Shown here: positions 9,857 through 20,376 of the stretch, in pieces
How positions within the stretch are numbered: the first letter of the stretch is position 1
How the letters are laid out: every line of letters starts with the position of its first letter
Notes under the pieces: generated by a model
Seen by the model: only the letters and a program-made list of their open reading frames with translations
Database searches by the model: none
Told to the model about the DNA's origin: nothing
NCBI GenBank assembly: GCA_964448115.1
Contig: CAYUVA010000041.1
Span: 1 to 42,595, forward strand
From: an uncultured bacterium
GTDB taxonomy: Bacteria > CAYUVA01
Length of the DNA: 42,595 nt
Direction of reading: 5' to 3'
Translations under genes and position numbers: made by a program

Positions 9857-9941
9857 GCCGAAGTGGTGGAACTGGCAGACGCGCTGGACTCAAAATCCAG
9901 TGGGCTTTGTGCCCGTGAGGGTTCGATTCCCTCCTTCGGCA
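9857..9941 (+). tRNA. tRNA-Leu (CAA), CCA not encoded
   Basis: Acceptor GCCGAAG/CTTCGGC-A, anticodon arm CTGGA-CTCAAAA-TCCAG, long variable arm GGGC-TTTGT-GCCC, T-loop GGTTCGATTCC. Confidence 0.97.
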
Positions 9942-9942
9942 T

Positions 9943-10449
9943 TTGAAGATTACTACTAACAAGATTATCCTGGTGCTGGGGGTTGCCATACTGGTCTATT
10001 GCCTGGATATGGCTAGCAAGGTCCTGGTGCGAGAGCATATTTCCCTTTATGAGCAGATCGCTATAATCCCTGGATTCTTCAACCTAGTCCACGCAGAGAA
10101 CGATGGCATCGCGTTTGGCATGTTCTCCGGCAGCGATTTCGCTCACAAGGATTTAATCCTCACTTTGACTACCCTGGCCGGGATTGCCCTGATCATTGCG
10201 CTCATTATTCACACCCCCGGCTCCCATCGCCTCGAGCTTTTTTCATTGAGCCTAATCTTGGCAGGAGCGCTGGGGAACCTGTCTGATAGGCTGTTCAGAG
10301 GCTCTGTAACTGATTTTTTGGATGTTTACCTGGGTAGATACCACTGGCCTTCCTTCAACATTGCCGATAGCGCTGTAACCATAGGGGCAATACTGCTAGG
10401 GTGGAGTATAATGTTTATAAGTCCAAGGAAACAAAGAACAACCTCATAA
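9943..10449 (+). CDS. lspA: Lipoprotein signal peptidase II
   Basis: LDMASK, NDGIAFG, GALGNLSDR, VTDF, WPSFNIADSA motifs. TTG start; an in-frame TGA at 9916 prevents extension further upstream. Confidence 0.95.
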   Translation: MKITTNKIILVLGVAILVYCLDMASKVLVREHISLYEQIAIIPGFFNLVHAENDGIAFGMFSGSDFAHKDLILTLTTLAGIALIIALIIHTPGSHRLELFSLSLILAGALGNLSDRLFRGSVTDFLDVYLGRYHWPSFNIADSAVTIGAILLGWSIMFISPRKQRTTS

Positions 10450-10520
10450 CTCATATAGGGACATTGCTTTTCAAATGAGGTGGCAGAGGAGAGTTCATGC
10501 TATTATGAAAAGTATGTTCA

Positions 10521-12314
10521 ATGGATGAAGATGTTGAAATATCAAAAAGCTATCGGGAACCGCTTCCAGCCTATTGTCTGCTCGCACTTTTAGTTTTACT
10601 GTTATACCTATCGACCCTGGCGCCGGATGTAACCCTTATAGACAGCGGCGAGCTGATCACTGCCAACTATTGCCTAGGCAATCCGCATTCGCCAGGTTAT
10701 CCCACATACACACCGCTCGCCCATTGTTTCACTTATTTGCCGTTGGGGAGTATAGCTTACCGATACAACCTTTTTTCAGCCGCTTGTGGAGTATTTTGTG
10801 CGTTGTTATTGGCTTTCATGTTAAAGCCGCTCCAATTACCCCTCGTTCACAGGTTCTTTGCGGGAGCTCTTTTCGCATTTTCTCTAACCTTCTGGCAGCA
10901 GGCGATAATGACCGAGGTTTATTGCCTCTTCTTCATTGCAGCCATATCCATTCTGGGCATCTATTTTCACACCAATAGCGATCATTTCTGGCGCAGCTAC
11001 TCACAGAGATTATTTTATCTGTCATCATTCATAATCGGATTATCATTGGGCATTCACCAGCAGATCGTCTTTATTATCCCGGCATTGGCATTGATTGTGA
11101 TAACCTTATTGCGCGATTATTTTTTTCATCTAAGGAAGTTATTCATTCACCTTTTCGTTTTTTTACTCGGTTTCTCAACCCATATTTATCTGCCCATAAG
11201 GGCTGCTCAGCATCCATATTATGCCTGGGAAGATCCCCAGCGATCCAGCAGTTTCTTCGGGCTTATCACCACCAGGACATTCAACGCCCAGCGCTTCGTT
11301 CGCTCTTATCAGCAGTTCAGCGAACATCTAGCCAATTATAAGGAGGCTATTAACGATCAGTTCCATTGGAGCGTCCTTATCTTGGCTCTGGTTGGGATTT
11401 TGTATGTCTTCTACAATCAGCGCCGGGTTTATGCCTATGCCCTGATCATGATCTGGGCTATTGACACCATTGTAGGGGTAACCTATTTCAATCTTTCGTC
11501 CCGCTGGTTCAATACACTCGATGTTTTCTTTATTCTAGGGCACCTGGCGATCATCATCTTAGCCGCCCAGGGACTTACATTGGTTTATGCTCCGGTTGTT
11601 CTCTGCATTGGAATTATAACTAAGGGCAGGTCGCGTATCGAGCTACTGAGATACTCTACAGCTATCATTCCAGCAGTTATCATCATTATTAGCTTCCAAG
11701 CAAACTACCCTAGAATAATTCCTCAAGGAAGCTACTTTGTCTATGATTGGGGAAGGAGCGCACTGATGCCCCTTCCGCCTAACAGCCTGCTAATAGCCAA
11801 CAGCGACGAGGTCTTCGTGTTGTGGTATCTCCAGGGAGTGAACCGGCTGCGAGAGGATATCGGTATTGTGCACAACCTGACCCTTGGTATCAGGGATAAT
11901 TGGTCTTATCTAACAGCGCAGCGCAACTATCCGTGGCTATTGCTTCATCGTATCCCCCCTAACGAGGACGCAGCCCGTTTCTTGGCTTGGCGTATAAATG
12001 TCTTCACTACCTATCAAGACGAGTCGCTAGTAGATGATGGATACAGCTATTATCCCTGGGGTTTTACGAACCTGCTATTACCTCCTAATGCCCATGCTTT
12101 AGAGCCTCATGGTAATATCTTTCGGCGCTGGGAAGGAATAGTTCTTCGCGATTTACCCTTGCAGCCCTCCTGGCGAGGCTCAGCAGAGAGAGAATACCTG
12201 GCGGTTGTCGCTGCTGGGGCATACAATGCCTACCAGGCTGCCCTGAAGCAAGTAAATCATGCAAGGGCAAGCGAGTTCAAAAGCTTATATCTGTCGCTTA
12301 TTCCCCCGAATTAG
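10521..12314 (+). CDS. DUF2723 / TMEM260-like GT-C-fold membrane glycosyltransferase
   Basis: LAPDVTLIDSGEL, HSPGYPTY, FWQQAIMTEVY, YLPIRA, LWYLQ...R.D motifs; about 11 TM segments. Confidence 0.85.
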   Translation: MDEDVEISKSYREPLPAYCLLALLVLLLYLSTLAPDVTLIDSGELITANYCLGNPHSPGYPTYTPLAHCFTYLPLGSIAYRYNLFSAACGVFCALLLAFMLKPLQLPLVHRFFAGALFAFSLTFWQQAIMTEVYCLFFIAAISILGIYFHTNSDHFWRSYSQRLFYLSSFIIGLSLGIHQQIVFIIPALALIVITLLRDYFFHLRKLFIHLFVFLLGFSTHIYLPIRAAQHPYYAWEDPQRSSSFFGLITTRTFNAQRFVRSYQQFSEHLANYKEAINDQFHWSVLILALVGILYVFYNQRRVYAYALIMIWAIDTIVGVTYFNLSSRWFNTLDVFFILGHLAIIILAAQGLTLVYAPVVLCIGIITKGRSRIELLRYSTAIIPAVIIIISFQANYPRIIPQGSYFVYDWGRSALMPLPPNSLLIANSDEVFVLWYLQGVNRLREDIGIVHNLTLGIRDNWSYLTAQRNYPWLLLHRIPPNEDAARFLAWRINVFTTYQDESLVDDGYSYYPWGFTNLLLPPNAHALEPHGNIFRRWEGIVLRDLPLQPSWRGSAEREYLAVVAAGAYNAYQAALKQVNHARASEFKSLYLSLIPPN

Positions 12315-12363
12315 ATACCAATGCTAGATTCGCCAACGGATATCCATCCACCCTGAAACATGA

Positions 12364-12392
12364 TTGACATGTTGCATCACGATCTATAAAAT
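12364..12392 (+). promoter_or_regulatory. Sigma70-type promoter for the Fe-S oxidoreductase gene
   Basis: TTGACA (12364-12369), 17-nt spacer, TAAAAT (12387-12392), about 100 nt upstream of the AAGGAG RBS and ATG 12496. Confidence 0.7.
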
Positions 12393-12495
12393 GCGCATCG
12401 TTACAAGGATTGTAATCGAGTTGCAACATCATGGCTAATAATGGGAATAAGACATTACACAAAGTTGCAAGATCAAACTGGATAAGGAGTGACCG

Positions 12496-14382
12496 ATGTT
12501 CAAAGCGTTTCTTTTGACAATCCTGGTCGTAGGTTCTGTTTACCTTTTTATCAAGTACCTCAAGGAAAAGCTAAGTATCGTTAAATGGGGTAAAGATGAA
12601 GTTCGCTGGGATAATCCGAACCAGAGATTAAAGATCGCCCTTGATGAGGTGATCCTTCAGAAGAAGGTTATCGGTGGCAAGTTCTTTGTTGGACTCATGC
12701 ACGCTTTTGTCTTCTGGGGATTCTGCGTTTTTGCTTTGGGGACCATCCATCACTTCGGCGAGGGTTATGGATTGCACTTGTTGGATTCTCTTGGATGGTT
12801 CGGATCCTTTTATAAATTCCTGCTTATGTTATTTGCCTGGTTGGTAACCATAGGGATCGTTGCCCTTGAGATAAGGCGTTTCGTGTTCAAGCCACCGGAG
12901 TTGACCCATCCCTCTACTGAGTCAGCGATTATTGCCGGGCTGATCTTCTTTCTTATGATAACTTATATTCTTGGTGCTGGCGGCATCCTGCAAGAGGGGA
13001 GCTTTCTGCATGGTCTCAACTGGTGGGCGCATGTATTCATGATTCTAGGCTTTTTGGTCTATATTCCAAAATCGAAGCACCTTCACCTCATGTTTGCACC
13101 ATTTAATATCTTCTTTAGAACCTTCAACCTCGGTCAGATACCTACCCCTAAGATGCCTATAACCGAAGAAGAGATGGCTGCTGAGGGAGACGAGGAGGAG
13201 GAGCTTGATATGGGAGTCAACACCCTGACCGACTTGAGCTGGAAGGATCTGTTCGATGCCTGGACCTGCATCGAGTGCGGTCGCTGCCAGGAGCAATGCC
13301 CTGCCTACAACAGCCAGAAGGCGCTCAACCCCAAGTTCATCTCGGTCGATCTGAAGCATTACATGTCCAAGGATCCTAAAAAAGAAGAATCAATACTGGG
13401 CAATGCTTATATGGAAGAGGAAGTAATCTGGCAGTGCACAACCTGCGGAGCCTGCCAGTACTGGTGCCCGGTGGGTGTGGAGCATATCCCCAAGATAATC
13501 GGCTTGCGCCGCTTCCAGGTGCAGGAGCTATCAAAGTTCCCCGAACAGGCGCAGGTTATGTTCACCGGGCTGGAGAACAACGGCAATCCCTGGAAGATGG
13601 GGGAACATTTGCGCTCGGAGTACCTTGGCTCGCTTGATATGAAACCATTCGAGCCAGGAATGGAGTACATGTTCTTTGTCGGCTGCTTCGGAGCGCTCGA
13701 TCCCAGGGCACAGAAGATAACCAAGGCACTTGTGCAGGTGCTAAACGCTGCCGGGGTGAGCTACGGCTATCTTGATGGCGAGGTTTGTTGCGGAGACCCG
13801 GCAAGGAAGCTGGGCAACGAGTTCTTGTACCAGATGACCGCCATGCAAAATATCGAGATGATGAAGGAGCTTGGCGTGGAAAAGGTGATCACCTTCTGCC
13901 CCCACTGCTCCAGGACGCTCTTTGAATACCGTGAGCTTGGCTTGCAGCTAAAAGAGATAACCCACCACAGCCTGTTCTTGCATAAACTATTAAATCAGGG
14001 CAAGCTGAAGCTATCTGCGGATGGTGGTGGCATCTTTGTTTTCCATGATCCATGCTATATGAGCAGGTATATGCAGGTCTTCGAGCAGCCACGGGAGCTG
14101 ATTCGCGCCTGTGGATACGCGGTTGTTGACCCGGAGAGAGCCAGGGATCGATCATTCTGCTGCGGTGGCGGTGGAGGAATGACCTTCTGCGAGGAATCAA
14201 AGGGAGAGCGGATAAACCAGATTCGATCAAAGGAGCTATACAATTACTCTGATAAGGTCGCTGTTGCCTGTCCGTACTGCATGACCATGATCTCTGATGG
14301 GATGAAGGAGATCGGCAAGGAGAACGCCGTAGTCAAGGACATCGCCGAGGTGATGGCAGAGCGATTACCCAAGGGAGAATAA
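12496..14382 (+). CDS. Membrane-bound heterodisulfide-reductase-like Fe-S oxidoreductase (FadF/HdrF-like)
   Basis: N-terminal TM region with His residues (SKHLH), CIECGRCQEQCP and CTTCGACQYWCP ferredoxin motifs, two CCG domains (CCGD...CPHC; CCGGGGG...CPYC). Confidence 0.9.
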   Translation: MFKAFLLTILVVGSVYLFIKYLKEKLSIVKWGKDEVRWDNPNQRLKIALDEVILQKKVIGGKFFVGLMHAFVFWGFCVFALGTIHHFGEGYGLHLLDSLGWFGSFYKFLLMLFAWLVTIGIVALEIRRFVFKPPELTHPSTESAIIAGLIFFLMITYILGAGGILQEGSFLHGLNWWAHVFMILGFLVYIPKSKHLHLMFAPFNIFFRTFNLGQIPTPKMPITEEEMAAEGDEEEELDMGVNTLTDLSWKDLFDAWTCIECGRCQEQCPAYNSQKALNPKFISVDLKHYMSKDPKKEESILGNAYMEEEVIWQCTTCGACQYWCPVGVEHIPKIIGLRRFQVQELSKFPEQAQVMFTGLENNGNPWKMGEHLRSEYLGSLDMKPFEPGMEYMFFVGCFGALDPRAQKITKALVQVLNAAGVSYGYLDGEVCCGDPARKLGNEFLYQMTAMQNIEMMKELGVEKVITFCPHCSRTLFEYRELGLQLKEITHHSLFLHKLLNQGKLKLSADGGGIFVFHDPCYMSRYMQVFEQPRELIRACGYAVVDPERARDRSFCCGGGGGMTFCEESKGERINQIRSKELYNYSDKVAVACPYCMTMISDGMKEIGKENAVVKDIAEVMAERLPKGE

Positions 14383-14388
14383 TCCGTA

Positions 14389-14540
14389 TGTAATGATTGT
14401 GCCATGACATTCACCGACAAAACCAGCACCATCTTTGAAAACAGTCAACTTCACTTAGTAAAATGGTTCTATCCGATTTGGTTGATGTGTGCTGATCAAT
14501 CAATTAAGCAGATCTCACAGGAACTCAAAGAGGCGGAGGA
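14389..14540 (+). pseudogene. IS1595-family (ISXO2-like) transposase N-terminal remnant
   Basis: Translates CNDCAMTFTDKTSTIFENSQLHLVKWFYPIWLM...SIKQISQEL, matching the Zn-ribbon CxxC...F...GTIFE.S..PL..WF.AI pattern plus HTH start. No DDE domain follows. Confidence 0.62.
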
Positions 14541-14974
14541 ATTTCCAGGAAAAAACTCCCTTTATATATCATTTGGCACCTTGAGAGGATAGCTAATCTG
14601 AGCCTTTCCATAACAGAAAGGTGGAGAAATTATGTCCAGAAGCTAGTTTCTATCTCTAATTCAAACATCACAACATCATACTCTATATGAGGCAAAATTT
14701 TTAGAAACTATATTCATTTGCCAGAAAAGATTGTCTTTGTTTTAAAGATCTATCAATATCAAGCCTACTGCAATTGAAAAGCAATCATACATGCTTTGCG
14801 TATCAAGGAATCGAGACTTGTAAAGTATTCATGCCTGGTGTTATGGTAATGACCGCCAAAGGCAGGCACTCAAGCGTTTGTAGTGTGCGCTAGCTAATCT
14901 TTGGCTCGAAAGAAACAAGGTTCGCTCCTGGAAATTCTGGATTTAAAAAATTATAGTTCTGCTAGGCCATATCC

Positions 14975-16130
<1,156 letters not shown>

Positions 16131-16138
<8 letters not shown>

Positions 16139-19100
16139 GCGCAGCGACATAGAGAGCATCCTTATCATCGGCTCCGGACCTATCGTTATCGGTCAGGGCT
16201 GCGAGTTCGATTATTCTGGCGCCCAGGCGGTCAAAGTGCTAAAGGCAGGTGGCTTCAGGGTGATCTTGGTTAACTCCAACCCTGCGACCATTATGACCGA
16301 CCCGGAGCTTGCTGATAGCACCTATATCGAGCCGGTCTGTACGTCGATAATTGAGATGATCATCGAGCGGGAGAGACCTGATGCCCTGCTGCCAACGCTT
16401 GGGGGACAGAACGCGCTGAATATCGCGGTTGAACTGGCGAAATCGGGCGTGCTTGAACGGTATGGTGTCAAGCTCATCGGCGCCAGGGTGGAAGCGATCG
16501 AGAAAGCGGAGAAACGAGAACTCTTCCAGGCGGCAATGCAGCGTGCTGGCGTGCCTATTCCCAAAGGTGGACTGGTGCGCAGCCTCGACCAGGCGATGGA
16601 GATGATAAAGTCCAGGGTTGGCTTCCCAGCTATCATTCGACCATCGTTCACTCTGGGGGGGAGCGGCGGTGGAATCGCCTATAACATCGAGGAATACCGT
16701 GCTCTCGTGCATCATGCCCTGAAGCAAAGCCCGATAAACGAGGCGCTTATCGAGGAATCGCTCATCGGCTGGAAGGAGTTCGAGCTGGAGCTGATGCGAG
16801 ACAGCAAGGATAACGCAGTGGTGGTCTGCTCCATCGAGAACCTCGATCCCATGGGCGTTCACACCGGGGACAGCATCACGGTTGCCCCGGCGCAGACGCT
16901 TACCGACAAGGAATATCAACTGATGCGAGACTATGCACTTTTGGTGATAAGAGAAATAGGGATCGACACCGGCGGCTCCAATATACAGTTTGCCGTGCAC
17001 CCTCAAACCGGTCGCATGGCGGTCATCGAGATGAATCCCCGCGTCTCGCGCAGCAGTGCGCTAGCCTCCAAGGCGACCGGCTTTCCCATCGCAAAGATAG
17101 CATCGCTGCTCGCGGTGGGATATACGCTCGATGAGATACCAAACGATGTAACCAAGGTTACCCCCAGTTGCTTCGAGCCGACCCTCGATTATGTTGTGGT
17201 CAAGATCCCTCGCTGGAACTTCGAGAAGTTCCCCAAGGCTGACCAATCTCTTACTGTGCAGATGAAATCTGTCGGTGAGGCTATGGCTATAGGCAGAACC
17301 TTCAAGGAGGCGCTGCAGAAGGGCTTACGGTCCCTGGAGATAAACCGCTATGGATTGGGGGCTGATGGCGCGGACCAGATATACCCGGACCGACTCCCCG
17401 GCAATCTCAATATCCCAAATGTGGAGCGATTGTTCTACATAAAGTACGCACTACAACGGGGAGTCAATACGCAGAGGATCGCTGCTGACACCGGGGTCGA
17501 TCCATGGTTCATCGAGCAGATCGCCCAACTTCTCGACATCGAGCGCAGCATAATCGGCTGCAACCTGAAATCACTCCCTGCCGATATGTGCCTGGAGGCG
17601 AAAAAAGCCGGCTTCAGCGACCGACAGTTGGCTTATCTTATTAACTCAAGCGAAGCAAAGGTCAGGGAGTACCGGATAAGCAAAGGGATAAAGCCGGTCT
17701 ATAAGACGGTCGATACCTGTGCAGCCGAGTTCGAGGCTTATACGCCCTATCTTTATTCCACTTATGAGCGCTCCAACGAGAGCATACCAAGCGATAACCC
17801 CAAGATCGCCATCTTAGGCAGCGGACCCAACCGCATCGGCCAGGGGATCGAGTTCGACTATTGCTGCGTGCGCGCCAGCCTTGCGCTAAGGGAGATGGGC
17901 TTCGAGACGATCATGGTCAACTGCAACCCGGAGACGGTGAGCACCGATTATGATGTCTCCAGCAAGCTATACTTCGAGCCTTTGACACTTGAGGATGTAC
18001 TCAATATCCTGGAACTTGAGCAGCCCTATGGCGTGGTAGTGCAGTTAGGAGGGCAGACCCCGCTGAGGCTAGCTGCTGATATCAAGAAGGCGGGATTCAA
18101 TATACTAGGCACCAGCCCGGAGAGCATCCACCTGGCAGAGGATAGGCAGCGCTTCAACGAGGTGCTGGCGAGCCTAGATATCAGGCAGCCGCTCGGCGAT
18201 ACGGTGCACAACATCCGTGATGCGCTTCGGGTCGCTGACGAGATCGGCTATCCGCTGCTGGTGCGTCCCTCTTATGTGCTAGGTGGAAGGGCGATGGCGG
18301 TAGTTTATGACCATGGCGACCTTAAGCATTATATGGAGGAGGCGATCGACACCTCAGCCGGTGCCCCTATCCTGATCGACCAGTTCCTTGAGGATGCTTA
18401 TGAATACGATGTCGATTGCATCAGCGACGGCGAGACCACGGTCATCGGCGGCATAATGCACCAGATCGAGGAGGCGGGGATACACTCCGGGGACTCCGCT
18501 TGCGTGATACCCCCCTATATGCTGTTCCCCCGGATCTTCGAGCAGATGGAGCAGTGGACCAAAATGCTTGCAAGGCGGCTTAATGTGATCGGGTTGATGA
18601 ATGTGCAATTCGCCATGCGGGACGATAAACTCTATGTGCTGGAGGTAAATCCGCGTGCATCACGAACAATACCTTTTTTGAGCAAAGCGATCGGAATCCC
18701 GCTGGTAAAGCTGGCAGCCAAGGTGATGGCAGGGGCTACCCTGAAGCAGCTCGGTTTCACTGAGCCGGTGAGTATCGACCATGTCTGCGTAAAGGAGGCT
18801 ATATTCCCATTCATCAAGTTCCGCGAGGAGGACCCGGTTCTCGGTCCCGAGATGCGCTCAACTGGCGAGGTTATGGGCATTGATTATGACTTTGGCAGGG
18901 CGTTCGCCAAGTCGCAGATGGCAGCCAACATGAAGCTCCCCGAGTCCGGCAAGGTATTCATCAGCGTGAACGACAATGACAAGCGCAAGATAATCCCGTT
19001 GGCGAAACAGCTCCACCAACTCGGCTTCGAGCTTCTCGCCACTTATGGCACCGCAGATGCCATAGCCTCATCGGGCATCCCGGTCAAAGGTATACCCAAG

Positions 19101-19349
19101 GTGAACGAGGGGAGACCGGATGTGGTCGATTACATCATCAACGAGGATATTGCTCTTCTGATAAACACTCCCCTCGGGCGCAAGTCGCAGTACGATGACT
19201 ACATGATCCGCCAGGCTGCGCTTCGAGCTGGTATCCCCTATACCACCACGATCAGCAAGGCATCGGCGGCAGTGGCTGCCATAAGGCTGCTTCGAGAAAA
19301 AAACTTCAATATCAAATCGCTGCAGGAATACCATCAGGAGATTCGTTGA
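16131..19349 (+). CDS. carB: Carbamoyl-phosphate synthase large subunit
   Basis: MPRR...[18 protein letters not shown], two ATP-grasp halves ([19 protein letters not shown]), C-terminal MGS domain. Start 16131 or 16122. Confidence 0.98.
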
Positions 19350-19713
19350 TGATAAGATAAACTCAAGCCCTACTTTTCTTTGATATAAAAAAGAAGCCTC
19401 TGCTTGACCGAGTCATTGAGCGCTGATACATGACCCTTTTTAGGCAGAAGTATATCAAGTTCTGTGCGAAATTTTCTGTAATTTCGTCTTCCTGATTGTA
19501 CCCTACCTGAGCCTATTCCTGATGTCAAGAGGTAATTTCTTGTTGGTTACGACCTGACACTGCTGCTTGCCTACTTTGCGTGGCTATCCCTGCTTCATGT
19601 AGCAGATACAACATAACGGTACAAACAACACCTGAATTCATCTAGGTGTTGAGGAGAATCACCGACCTTTGAAAAGGTCTCGATTGTGATTGAGGGTATG
19701 CTTAAAAGAAGTA

Positions 19714-20376
19714 TCATTTATGCTCCTCCCTTATTTTTCGGGCCATATTGTGGGCAAGCCTTATCGGCTCGGGGATTCTATAGTGCGGGCAACAATCCAG
19801 GACATACTTAATAGCCCTCTGGAGCGATATCTTGTGCCCCACGGAGATGTACATCGGCTTTACATTAGCCCTTGTTCTGAGCGCAGCGCCGATGATCTTT
19901 TCACCATCGCGGATCTCCGAAAAGCAGCCTTTACCCGCTGCCGGTTCGGTACAGTTGCCGATCAGCAGGCTCTTTGCGCATCCGATAGTTGAAATCCCAG
20001 TGAGTACCCCGAGATGGCTCGCGATGCCTAGTCGGCGGGGATGTGCTATACCCTGACCGTCAACCAAAAGCAGTTCGGGCATTGGATCAAGATGTTTGAG
20101 CACTTCCATGATTACAGGAAGCTCGCGGAAGGATAGATACCCACTGATATAAGGAAACTCGATTATCTTTTCTGCGGTGGAGTGAGCAACCAACTCCAGC
20201 GATGGGAATTCGAGCACGGTTACACATCCATGGATGGTATCATCTTTTCTTGAATAGGCTGCATCCACACCACCAACCAGCGATGGTCTAGGCGGCTCGC
20301 GGTCGATGATTACCTGCTTTTTCAGCTTCTCCTGGATATCTTTGGCTTCACTCAGGTCCCTTGGTAAGTACATCAT
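19714..20376 (-). CDS. nfi: Endonuclease V (deoxyinosine 3' endonuclease)
   Basis: GVDAAY, FPYISGYLSFRE, VDGQGIAHPRRLGIASH, IGCAKS, SVGH, PEPIRLAH. Confidence 0.96.
   Translation of the reverse strand: MMYLPRDLSEAKDIQEKLKKQVIIDREPPRPSLVGGVDAAYSRKDDTIHGCVTVLEFPSLELVAHSTAEKIIEFPYISGYLSFRELPVIMEVLKHLDPMPELLLVDGQGIAHPRRLGIASHLGVLTGISTIGCAKSLLIGNCTEPAAGKGCFSEIRDGEKIIGAALRTRANVKPMYISVGHKISLQRAIKYVLDCCPHYRIPEPIRLAHNMARKIREEHK

Noticed and set aside
9766-10038. Small ORFs overlapping tRNA-Leu(CAA), and likewise 41369-41696 over tRNA-Leu(TAA)
   Set aside because: Their translations are typical tRNA-antisense artefacts (RRRESNPH, REPGSNRH).
14575-14592. Possible PyrR-binding loop (CCTTGAGAGG) upstream of carA
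   Set aside because: Only a partial consensus, about 390 nt from carA, with no terminator/antiterminator arrangement visible.
19350-19713. Intergenic region between convergent carB and nfi as a possible sRNA or small gene
   Set aside because: No credible ORF; only a weak CAACACCT/AGGTGTTG hairpin (19626-19651) and a TTGACA/TACAAT pair with wrong 22-nt spacing.
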